64,000 nucleotides of DNA from an uncultured Gammaproteobacteria bacterium (GTDB lineage Bacteria; Patescibacteriota; Microgenomatia; JALYQM01). Shown one piece after another: positions 57,085 through 64,000 of the stretch. Below the pieces are notes generated by a model. It saw nothing but the letters and a program-made list of their open reading frames with translations, was not told where the DNA came from and ran no database searches. The stretch spans positions 31,515 through 95,514 of the forward strand of contig CAZHTP010000001.1 in NCBI GenBank assembly GCA_964535655.1. The letters are read 5' to 3'. A program made the translations under genes and the position numbers. The number at the start of each line of letters is the position of its first letter. Positions within the stretch are counted from its first letter, which is position 1.

Positions 57085-58698
57085 ATGAAAAAACGTTACT
57101 ATATTGTAATAATTTCTTTGACTGCGGTGCTATCTCTTTCAATTGTCTTTTTTACCCAAAATTTTCGAGTATCATCTTTTCTGAGAAGTTTTGATACTTC
57201 GAGCGCACAATCTGCGCCTTGTACCAGTGCAACACTTAATGCCATTGGAGCGAGAAGTGGTGCCTCCTTTACCACGGAAGTCGGATGTATGCAGTCGGGA
57301 ACACAAATTTATCTGAATGACAGCCAGTATACTTTTTTTCAGGCTCCTTCTTCTCTTGCCTCTAAAGGCGTTGCCTACATTAAAACTCCTAATAGTGAAG
57401 TAATGAATTCTCCGTTGAATTGGAGTGTGAATATTACCACGCCTTCAGATGTTTATATTTTTTATCGTAAAATTCCAGGAATTTTGCCTCCTAATTGGAT
57501 TACGTCGTCGTATATAAAACAGACTCCAGAGTCATTTTCGGACTTAGCTCCTTTTTTGTTGCGCAAAAATAGTAACGGATTGATTGGTGTGTATGATGTG
57601 TATAAACTTCAGACTTTAAATAAAGTTGGAGTATTGGATTTGCATGATGCAATTCCATCTAACAATATTACAGCATATTCTATGTATATCGTTGGTGTTG
57701 TGCCAAATAACCCCAATAATACGACTAACCCTACGGCCTCCGTTACTCCGACGACAACTGCAAGGCCTACAAGTGCACCAACGACTCCAACTCATACAGA
57801 ACCGCCTGTTTCAGGTGACTTTCCTTGTGGTAAATATCCAAATGCTAATCCAGGGTGCATGCCAGTGTCGTTTCAATCATGGTTTGATAATGTTCCTGCT
57901 TCGGCCGAAACAATGAATGTTAACTATACACCACGTCTTGTACATCAGCACTATGAGTGCAATGTGCCTGCTGTTCGTGCTAATGGGCAATACTTAAAGC
58001 AAGGAATGAAGATAGTTTGCCAGTTTGTTAGATATAACAGTATTATTCCTTTTAACAGTGGCAATTCGTCGTGGTTTCGATCTCAGAATCAAGGTAGCAC
58101 GTATGAGCAATTTACAATGAATTTGGCTCCGTGTCAGGGTAATAAATACGAGGGAAAAGAATGTAAATCTGAAAATGTCCATACGGTTCGTGCTAGCGAT
58201 TTTTCGAGCGCTACTGAGATGCGCTATACTCCTAATACTAATTTTGCGGGAATGGGTGGACAACGTCACTTCTTGTCGTCTAACTGGCAAACTGGAATTG
58301 GATACCGAAGCTCTTCGGAATTTACTTCTCGTTATTGGATTGGTGAATGTGGTAATTATCAGCGAATGATTTTAAGCACAGTTGATAAATACATGCGAGG
58401 AAACGAACCAATAGCTACTGTAAGAGGTACGATTACACTTCCATTTGAATCTAATGGAGGTTGTGGGACACAATTTAAAACTTTTGTGTTCTTAGATCCA
58501 GCTCAGCATGTGACGGTTGCTGGAACTCAAACAGGCACTACTTTATTTGAATCGAATTCTCATGTTAAAACTAATTTAACCTGGGATACGACTAAAACTA
58601 CTAATGGACTGCATAGCTTGCTTTTTATCAATATGGAAGGTACTGGTAAGTATGTTTCGGCCTCAGGAGTAGCGGTCAAATATATAGTTCAAAATTAG
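57085..58698 (+). CDS. secreted hypothetical protein with Thr/Pro-rich linker
   Basis: Signal peptide 'IVIISLTAVLSLSIVFF'. Linker 'NPNNTTNPTASVTPTTTARPTSAPTTPTHTEPP'. A Cys-containing C-terminal domain. Confidence 0.55.
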   Translation: MKKRYYIVIISLTAVLSLSIVFFTQNFRVSSFLRSFDTSSAQSAPCTSATLNAIGARSGASFTTEVGCMQSGTQIYLNDSQYTFFQAPSSLASKGVAYIKTPNSEVMNSPLNWSVNITTPSDVYIFYRKIPGILPPNWITSSYIKQTPESFSDLAPFLLRKNSNGLIGVYDVYKLQTLNKVGVLDLHDAIPSNNITAYSMYIVGVVPNNPNNTTNPTASVTPTTTARPTSAPTTPTHTEPPVSGDFPCGKYPNANPGCMPVSFQSWFDNVPASAETMNVNYTPRLVHQHYECNVPAVRANGQYLKQGMKIVCQFVRYNSIIPFNSGNSSWFRSQNQGSTYEQFTMNLAPCQGNKYEGKECKSENVHTVRASDFSSATEMRYTPNTNFAGMGGQRHFLSSNWQTGIGYRSSSEFTSRYWIGECGNYQRMILSTVDKYMRGNEPIATVRGTITLPFESNGGCGTQFKTFVFLDPAQHVTVAGTQTGTTLFESNSHVKTNLTWDTTKTTNGLHSLLFINMEGTGKYVSASGVAVKYIVQN

Positions 58699-58705
58699 GA
58701 TACTT

Positions 58706-59290
58706 ATGAGAAGAAAGAATCAATCTTTAATTGTGACTATAATATTAGTAATTGTTGCGGTAGTTGTTTTTATTTTTTCGCAATATCGTGGAACGAATTC
58801 TGTCGAACCAATTGGGGCCGCAGATCGTATTCCTAAAAAGCAATTATCAGATGTAGAAGTATTAGAAACTGTTAGTTTTAGTGCTGTAATTCCACAGTTT
58901 CGTTTAAATGTTCAGGCAGATAACGCCTTATATATACCAACTAGAATTGCGTTAATTGACAAAACTACGCGTGCTACTCGAATGGAGTTGCCTGTTACTG
59001 ACTCCCAATATCCCAGTGAATGTATGACACATAAGAAAATGGATGGACATGATCAAATGCGAATGTCGATGAAAAAATGGAATACTGATTGGTTTACGCT
59101 GCCAGAGCTTGGACCACTTGATGCGAGTTATACTCCTAAATTATCTTCAAATTATTTAGTTGAATTAACGTATTCGGATTCCTCTGTAGCGTATGTTAGT
59201 GTTAATGAGATTAAAGATGTTTGTTATCAGGTTTCAAAAAATGACCCCATGATTCCGAACGCCCGTGACGAGGTACCCGAAAAAGAATGA
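58706..59290 (+). CDS. membrane-anchored hypothetical protein
   Basis: N-terminal TM 'LIVTIILVIVAVVVFIF'. Co-oriented with and adjacent to the upstream secreted protein. Confidence 0.45.
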   Translation: MRRKNQSLIVTIILVIVAVVVFIFSQYRGTNSVEPIGAADRIPKKQLSDVEVLETVSFSAVIPQFRLNVQADNALYIPTRIALIDKTTRATRMELPVTDSQYPSECMTHKKMDGHDQMRMSMKKWNTDWFTLPELGPLDASYTPKLSSNYLVELTYSDSSVAYVSVNEIKDVCYQVSKNDPMIPNARDEVPEKE

Positions 59291-59817
59291 TTTCACACCA
59301 ATTAATTTCTCTTTTTGTAACCCTTAGTTTTTTCTTTTGGGCACTTTTTATGGTGCTCTCGATTATCAAGGGGGCTCCATTTATTCGTTCAACTAAAAAA
59401 CGGATTTCAGGAATACTAGATCTTGCTGAAGCAGCAACTACTGATCGTGTTTTAGACTTAGGCTCTGGTGATGGATCTATACCGATTGCTTTTGCTCAAA
59501 AAGGAATTCGAGCCGATGGTTGTGAAATAAATTTTTTCCTTGTCGTTTACTCTCGAATTCGCGCACAGCTTCTTCATTTAGATACTCTTTCGCATTTTTA
59601 CTGGGGAAATATGTGGCGATATGACACTGGTGGTTATTCGGTTGTTACCGTCTATGGCTTCCCATCAATTATGGCTGATTTAGAAAAAAAACTACTCAAA
59701 GAACTTGCTCCTGGTTCGCGGGTAATTTCTAACTCGTTCCAATTTCCCAATTGGAAAGCCGAAAGAGTCGAAGGTTCGCTCTTTCTTTATATTGTTCCTT
59801 CTTCATATCAAAATTAG
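59287..59817 (+). CDS. small membrane-anchored class I SAM-dependent methyltransferase-like protein
   Basis: An N-terminal TM is followed by motif I 'VLDLGSGDGSIPIAFA'. The gene overlaps the upstream stop by 4 nt. Confidence 0.5.
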   Translation: MISHQLISLFVTLSFFFWALFMVLSIIKGAPFIRSTKKRISGILDLAEAATTDRVLDLGSGDGSIPIAFAQKGIRADGCEINFFLVVYSRIRAQLLHLDTLSHFYWGNMWRYDTGGYSVVTVYGFPSIMADLEKKLLKELAPGSRVISNSFQFPNWKAERVEGSLFLYIVPSSYQN

Positions 59818-59868
59818 TTCATGAACTTATCACCTGCTCATTTTTCATTTTTATGATATATTCATACT

Positions 59869-60489
59869 ATGAGTACACCTGAATCATTAACAACTAAAAA
59901 ATATATACAAAGTTTTTTTGCAGAATTTATTGGAACGTTATTTCTTTCTCTTGTTATTATAACGTTGGCAGGAGGATCCAGGGCAGAGTGGACGCCTTTT
60001 GCTGTAGGTGCATTAATCGCCTTAATGATTTATTTGCTAGGAAGCGTGAGCGGCGGTCAATTTAATCCAAGTGTTACCGTTGGGCTTGTGTCAGCTGGCC
60101 TAATTTCCTGGAAGCAGGGTTTGGTTAATATTTGTGGTCAGATAGTCGGGGCTTTAGCTGGTTTTTGGATAAGTGTGCGTTATTTGGCTATGGAAATGCA
60201 GTTTCCTGAAGCACATAGTAATGAATGGCTGTACGAGATGTTAGGGGCGTTTCTCCTTTCTTTTGCTGTTGCCGCTGCTTTGCGCAAACAGATATCGCCT
60301 GCGATTTCAGGAATAGTTGTTGGAATGGCATTAACGTTAGGTATATTATTGTCTGAGCCAGTTAGTGGTGGAGTACTCAATCCAGCTATCGCACTTGGCG
60401 GACAGATCTATTCGTGGGACTATATTATTGCACCGCTCCTTGGAGGAATACTTGCTCAATATGCCTATTACGCTTTGATTCGAGAATAG
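59869..60489 (+). CDS. MIP-family channel (aquaporin/glycerol facilitator-like)
   Basis: A first 'SGGQFNPSVT' (NPA-box variant NPS) and a second 'GVLNPAIALG' sit in a six-TM protein. Confidence 0.7.
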   Translation: MSTPESLTTKKYIQSFFAEFIGTLFLSLVIITLAGGSRAEWTPFAVGALIALMIYLLGSVSGGQFNPSVTVGLVSAGLISWKQGLVNICGQIVGALAGFWISVRYLAMEMQFPEAHSNEWLYEMLGAFLLSFAVAAALRKQISPAISGIVVGMALTLGILLSEPVSGGVLNPAIALGGQIYSWDYIIAPLLGGILAQYAYYALIRE

Positions 60490-60566
60490 TTATTGAAAGG
60501 ATGCTCCAATGAAGATACTCTAAATATATATTTATATTTGATACATTTTAAAGGAGTGTGATTTAT

Positions 60567-60635
60567 ATGGCTAAAGGTGAAAATCGCGATAAAAGTAATA
60601 AAAATAAGAAGAAACCTAAGAAAGATAAAAAGTAG
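60567..60635 (+). CDS. 22-aa lysine-rich microprotein 'MAKGENRDKSNKNKKKPKKDKK'
   Basis: A strong SD 'aaaggag' lies 9 nt upstream of the ATG. A perfect terminator hairpin follows immediately. It was not in the ORF track because it is below the length cut-off. Confidence 0.45.
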   Translation: MAKGENRDKSNKNKKKPKKDKK

Positions 60636-60648
60636 GCTTTTTCGTTTT

Positions 60649-60676
60649 GGCCCCTTACAAAGTAAGGGGCTTTTTT
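60649..60676 (+). terminator. rho-independent terminator after the microprotein ORF
   Basis: 'ggcccctta-caaa-gtaaggggc' followed by tttttt. Confidence 0.55.
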
Positions 60677-60727
60677 ATTGCTTTTCAGTCTTGTAATTCG
60701 GGTTATATTTGCTAGTATGAGATAACT

Positions 60728-61936
60728 ATGACAGATGAATTGCTTTGCCCTTCCTGTGGAACTACTATTCAAGTTACTCAGGCGCTTATGAATCAATTGT
60801 CCGGCCAAATCCGAGACGATTTAAAAGCGCAAAATGAAGCTGAAAAAAAACTATTGGAATCTTCTTTGACTGAAAAAATGCAAAAGCAGCTGCTTTTGCA
60901 TGAGAGTGAACTTAAGAAAAAATTAGAAGCAGAAAATGAGCTTCGACAAAAAGATTTGGCGAATCGCTTAAGAGAGAATGAAGAGAAACAGAAAAAAGAT
61001 CAGCAAATGATGCTTGAGTTGATGAAGCAGATTCGTGAGAAGGACGTAAAAACTCAAGAGATGCAGATTGAAATGCAAAATAAATTGACTGAAGAGGTTC
61101 GTCAGTCGTTTGCTAAAGCTCAGAAGATGGCATCAGAACAATACGAGATGCAAATAAAAGAACGAGACAAGATGAATGAAGATTTGCGCAAAAAAATTGA
61201 AGAATTGCAAATGAAAGCCACCGAAAGTTCGGTGCAAATTAGGGGAGAGATTCAAGAATTGGCGCTTGAGGCGTTACTTGGCGAAATGTTTCCGATGGAT
61301 GTTATTGAGCCAATCGGTAAGGGGAAATATGGCGCTGATGTTGCTCAGAAAGTGCGTGATCAGTATGGTCGCACGTGTGGTGTAATTTTGTGGGAATCAA
61401 AACATACTAAAACCTGGCAAGCAGAATGGCTTCCTAAATTACGAGAAGATTTGCGTACATATAAAGGGCATATTGCGGTTCTTGCAACGCAGACCCTGCC
61501 GGAAGGTGTTGAAACATTTGGATTAAAAGACGGTATTTGGGTTACTAATTATGACTGTTTGACAGGGCTTGCTACAGCTTTGCGCCATCAATTAATTTAT
61601 ATTGCCTATGAACGAAATGCAGCAAGCGGTAAGGGTGAAAAAATGGAAATGCTGTACAACTATTTGATTGGCCATGAATTTAAGCAAAAGATTGAGGCAA
61701 TTGTTGAAGTATTTACCACCATGCGTGAAGATATGGAAAAAGAGAAGAATGTGCAGGAGCGAATATGGAAGAAGCGTGAGATGCAGTTGGCTCGACTTGC
61801 TGTGAATACATCGCGAATGTATGGTGAGATGCAGGGGCTTGTAGGATCTGCATTGCCCGATGTTCGAGGTCTAGAGTTGGAGTCTGGACTTGAGCCGCAA
61901 AAAGAAGCAAAAAACCTACTCGATTTAATGGCTTAG
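60728..61936 (+). CDS. Zn-ribbon / coiled-coil / C-terminal PD-(D/E)xK-like domain protein (DUF2130-like architecture)
   Basis: N-terminal 'CPSCGTTIQ' is a CxxC zinc ribbon. A ~170-aa heptad-rich charged segment follows. The C-terminus is 'FPMDVIEPIGKG...GVILWESKHTK', i.e. D...ExK spacing typical of the restriction-endonuclease fold. Confidence 0.5.
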   Translation: MTDELLCPSCGTTIQVTQALMNQLSGQIRDDLKAQNEAEKKLLESSLTEKMQKQLLLHESELKKKLEAENELRQKDLANRLRENEEKQKKDQQMMLELMKQIREKDVKTQEMQIEMQNKLTEEVRQSFAKAQKMASEQYEMQIKERDKMNEDLRKKIEELQMKATESSVQIRGEIQELALEALLGEMFPMDVIEPIGKGKYGADVAQKVRDQYGRTCGVILWESKHTKTWQAEWLPKLREDLRTYKGHIAVLATQTLPEGVETFGLKDGIWVTNYDCLTGLATALRHQLIYIAYERNAASGKGEKMEMLYNYLIGHEFKQKIEAIVEVFTTMREDMEKEKNVQERIWKKREMQLARLAVNTSRMYGEMQGLVGSALPDVRGLELESGLEPQKEAKNLLDLMA

Positions 61937-62163
61937 ATATTTTTTCTTTCGAGTTTAGCAACTCTCTTTTGTAATTTTTCAATTTGTTCGCTTACGATGT
62001 CTTCAGTTTCTAACAAGTGATTAAGAATGCTGTTAACACCTTTTAATTGTGCACGAGATGATTTTTTTAGCTCATCAAGATCTTGTTTTAAAGGAATTAT
62101 TTTAAGATCAATTTCTTCCTCTAGTAAAGAAGCAATTCTTTGAAAATCTATTTCTTCTAACAT
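61933..62163 (-). CDS. small coiled-coil protein
   Basis: A 76-aa Leu/Glu/Lys heptad-rich ORF. Confidence 0.35.
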   Translation of the reverse strand: MLEEIDFQRIASLLEEEIDLKIIPLKQDLDELKKSSRAQLKGVNSILNHLLETEDIVSEQIEKLQKRVAKLERKNI

Positions 62164-62205
62164 ATTGACTCCAGTTTATAAGAATTAATCGTCAATTTAT
62201 AGCGT

Positions 62206-62778
62206 TTACTTTGACCGTTTTGGAGGTGCGATAGAAACTTTTACCACGAGATCGCGGGTATTCCCTTCGGCATCGTCGATTTCTTTAACGCGCATAGTTT
62301 CGTAATACTCAACAAGCATGTCCGAAAGAGAACCCATTTGATCCTTAAGCATTTCGTGGGCTTCGTCGTATTTGCCTTGCAATGTTTTTGCTTCTGCTGT
62401 TCCCATGATGGTTGCTTTAACCTGTTTTTTTATCTTAAGAGCTTCTTTAGCCGCTTTATCTGCTTTATAATATTCTTCACTGTTGGCTGCGATATCTTTA
62501 AGTTGTGTTGAAAGCTCAGAAAGTTCAAGTTGCGATTTTTCAATAATACTGAGTCTTTGACGAATGACATTTTCGAGTGAAGAGAGTGCAAAGTCGACCT
62601 TTTCATCTTCATCTTCCTTATCGTTATTTGCGGGTACATCGTATGCATCATTAAATGTTCCCATTCCAATTGGGGCGGCAGTTGCATAACTTGAATTTTG
62701 AGAATTATCGAGGGTGCCTTCGTCGGCTTTTCCCTGATTTGGCAAATTGTTGAGATCTTCAGGCAGATTGTTATTCAT
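62206..62778 (-). CDS. acidic coiled-coil protein, unknown function
   Basis: A 190-aa ORF with a low-complexity N-terminus and a long predicted helix. Confidence 0.4.
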   Translation of the reverse strand: MNNNLPEDLNNLPNQGKADEGTLDNSQNSSYATAAPIGMGTFNDAYDVPANNDKEDEDEKVDFALSSLENVIRQRLSIIEKSQLELSELSTQLKDIAANSEEYYKADKAAKEALKIKKQVKATIMGTAEAKTLQGKYDEAHEMLKDQMGSLSDMLVEYYETMRVKEIDDAEGNTRDLVVKVSIAPPKRSK

Positions 62779-62819
62779 AATTTGGTATACTAGCGGGTAT
62801 TGTTTGGAGAGTCAAGTAG

Positions 62820-63569
62820 ATGATCGAAGTATATAAGAAAAAATATCAAACGTGTTTGGAAATGCTTGAGGAATTACGACAGAAGCAGCCGGAGTTACGA
62901 ACAGAAATTTTAAGTTATAACGGTATTCTTGATCCAATGGCTGAGGGTATTGTTCCGGTACTTGTTGGCGAAGAAAATAAGCGAAGAGATGATTTTACTG
63001 GCTCTGAAAAAGTGTATGAGGTGGAAGTACTCACAGGGGTGTCAACTGATAGCGGCGACTTGCTTGGGGTTGTAAATAATTCAAATACCGATGTTTTAGT
63101 TGAGCAATCAGTACCGGGGGCAACCATAAATTCACGAGGAAAGTTTGAACAAATAGTGCCTATGCATTCAAATCGTAAAGTGAATGGGAAGCGACTGTGG
63201 TGGTGGGCTCTCCATGGGACTGAGATTCCAAAAGAGCATAGACCAAAAAATGTTGTTGAACTTAAACAAATAACTTTTGGGGAGAAGCGAGAGATTAGTA
63301 GGGTTCAATTGCAGCAGGAGATAGATTTGATGAGGGAAAATATTGGTGAACGCTTCCGATTACTAAAAGTTGCTACGTCTTGGGAAGATTTTTTTAGTAA
63401 TTCTAGCCAGAAAAATTTTAATGTTTTTAGATTTGATGTTCATGTGACCAGTGGCTTTTATGTGCGGACTTTTGTTGAGGAGATTGGTGAGCAACTGCGT
63501 CTGCCAATGGTGGTTTATTCGCTTAAGCGAACTAAAGTTATTTATTCACACGGCAGCTCAATCTTGTGA
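62820..63569 (+). CDS. truB: tRNA pseudouridine(55) synthase TruB-like (short N-terminus)
   Basis: 'NGILDPMAEGIVPVLVGEENK' carries the catalytic Asp in the GxLDP context. 'KVYEVEVLTGVSTDSGDLLG' is present. 'PMHSNRKVNGKRLWWWALHGTEIPKEHRPKNVVELKQITF' matches the TruB 'YSALK..GKrLYeyAR.G.eV.R..R.v.i.el' region. Confidence 0.7.
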   Translation: MIEVYKKKYQTCLEMLEELRQKQPELRTEILSYNGILDPMAEGIVPVLVGEENKRRDDFTGSEKVYEVEVLTGVSTDSGDLLGVVNNSNTDVLVEQSVPGATINSRGKFEQIVPMHSNRKVNGKRLWWWALHGTEIPKEHRPKNVVELKQITFGEKREISRVQLQQEIDLMRENIGERFRLLKVATSWEDFFSNSSQKNFNVFRFDVHVTSGFYVRTFVEEIGEQLRLPMVVYSLKRTKVIYSHGSSIL

Positions 63570-63587
63570 TATCGTGGAGGGGTGATT

Positions 63588-64000
63588 ATGAAGACTAATT
63601 GGCAAAAACTATATGATGGGCAGTTGAAATTTGATACTTTTTTGATGCGCGAAAAAGTCATTGACGCGATTCGTTTGTTTTTTAAGTCGCTGGAGTTTCA
63701 TGAAGTTGAAACACCATTGATGGTGGCCTCTCCTGGTATGGAGCCATACCTCGAAGTATTTGAAACTGAATTACTTGATGCTCCAGGAAAGAAGTATCGA
63801 ACATTTTTAACTACATCTCCTGAGTACGGTATGAAAAAATTACTGGTAGCTGGTCTTCCTAGGATTTTTCAAATATGTAAGTCTTTTCGAAATGGCGAAG
63901 ACTTGCGAAGTACAAGCCATAACCCAGAGTTTACGATTATGGAATGGTATCGCGCTGATGCTGACTACACAGATATTATGCTTGATTGCGAAAAAATGAC
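63588..64000 (+). CDS. epmA: EF-P (R)-beta-lysine ligase EpmA/PoxA-like class II aaRS core (5' part; continues beyond window)
   Basis: It starts directly at the catalytic core: 'LMREKVIDAIRLFFKSLEFHEVETPLM' is motif 1 and 'FRNGEDLRSTSHNPEFTIMEWY' is motif 2. There is no anticodon-binding domain. A strong SD 'ggagggg' is present. Confidence 0.7.
   Translation, partial: MKTNWQKLYDGQLKFDTFLMREKVIDAIRLFFKSLEFHEVETPLMVASPGMEPYLEVFETELLDAPGKKYRTFLTTSPEYGMKKLLVAGLPRIFQICKSFRNGEDLRSTSHNPEFTIMEWYRADADYTDIMLDCEKM

Noticed and set aside
60563-60808. 81-aa minus-strand ORF from the track
   Set aside because: It runs antisense across the SD/ATG/terminator of the 22-codon microprotein and the start of the 402-aa gene. 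It has no RBS and is spurious.
1-64000. Searched by eye for CRISPR-like short direct repeats, rRNA, IS/transposase or integrase genes
   Set aside because: No periodic repeat array, no rRNA motifs and no transposase or integrase-like ORF were found. The absence is by inspection only.

Overview
The window reads like a compact, low-GC, gene-dense genome of the Patescibacteria/CPR type. Genes are short, intergenic spacers are small, and there are many glycosyltransferases and secreted or membrane-anchored proteins of unknown function.

Gene content, left to right:
- Tail of the ribosomal-protein/rpoA operon: rpsM, rpsK, rpsD, rpoA, rplQ, then rplM, rpsI.
- fpg, followed by a large secreted protein.
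- A cell-envelope/glycosylation block: two GT2, an MFS transporter, recF, a sortase-like gene, mreB, a GT4 and a WecB/TagA enzyme.
- A polytopic membrane protein with a pseudopilin-like domain.
- An ABC-F ATPase, gmk, a short polA, and a DnaQ-exonuclease/GIY-YIG (Cho-like) fusion.
- A PAP2 phosphatase, a GT4, ruvX, tRNA-Cys, ftsH, tandem glgA paralogs, a canonical bifunctional rel, recJ and cca.
- Then the most unusual locus, described below.
- aspS with a candidate T-box leader, a D-Ala-D-Ala carboxypeptidase, gltX, and metK behind a SAM-I riboswitch.
- tRNA-Gln followed by a small decayed accessory patch: a HepT/MNT toxin-antitoxin pair, a truncated orphan MNT, and an S24-peptidase fragment with no DNA-binding helix-turn-helix domain.
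- An ABC exporter, secreted proteins, a MIP channel, a tiny lysine-rich ORF, a Zn-ribbon/coiled-coil/PD-(D/E)xK-like protein, truB, and the start of epmA.

The most unusual locus is a divergently transcribed gene pair (41118-45695). One gene carries a diverged RelA/SpoT synthetase-like domain and the other a diverged RelA/SpoT HD-hydrolase-like domain. Both have long uncharacterised extensions, and the pair sits beside cca.

No CRISPR array, rRNA or obvious transposase was seen. All calls rest on motif recognition by eye, with no database search.
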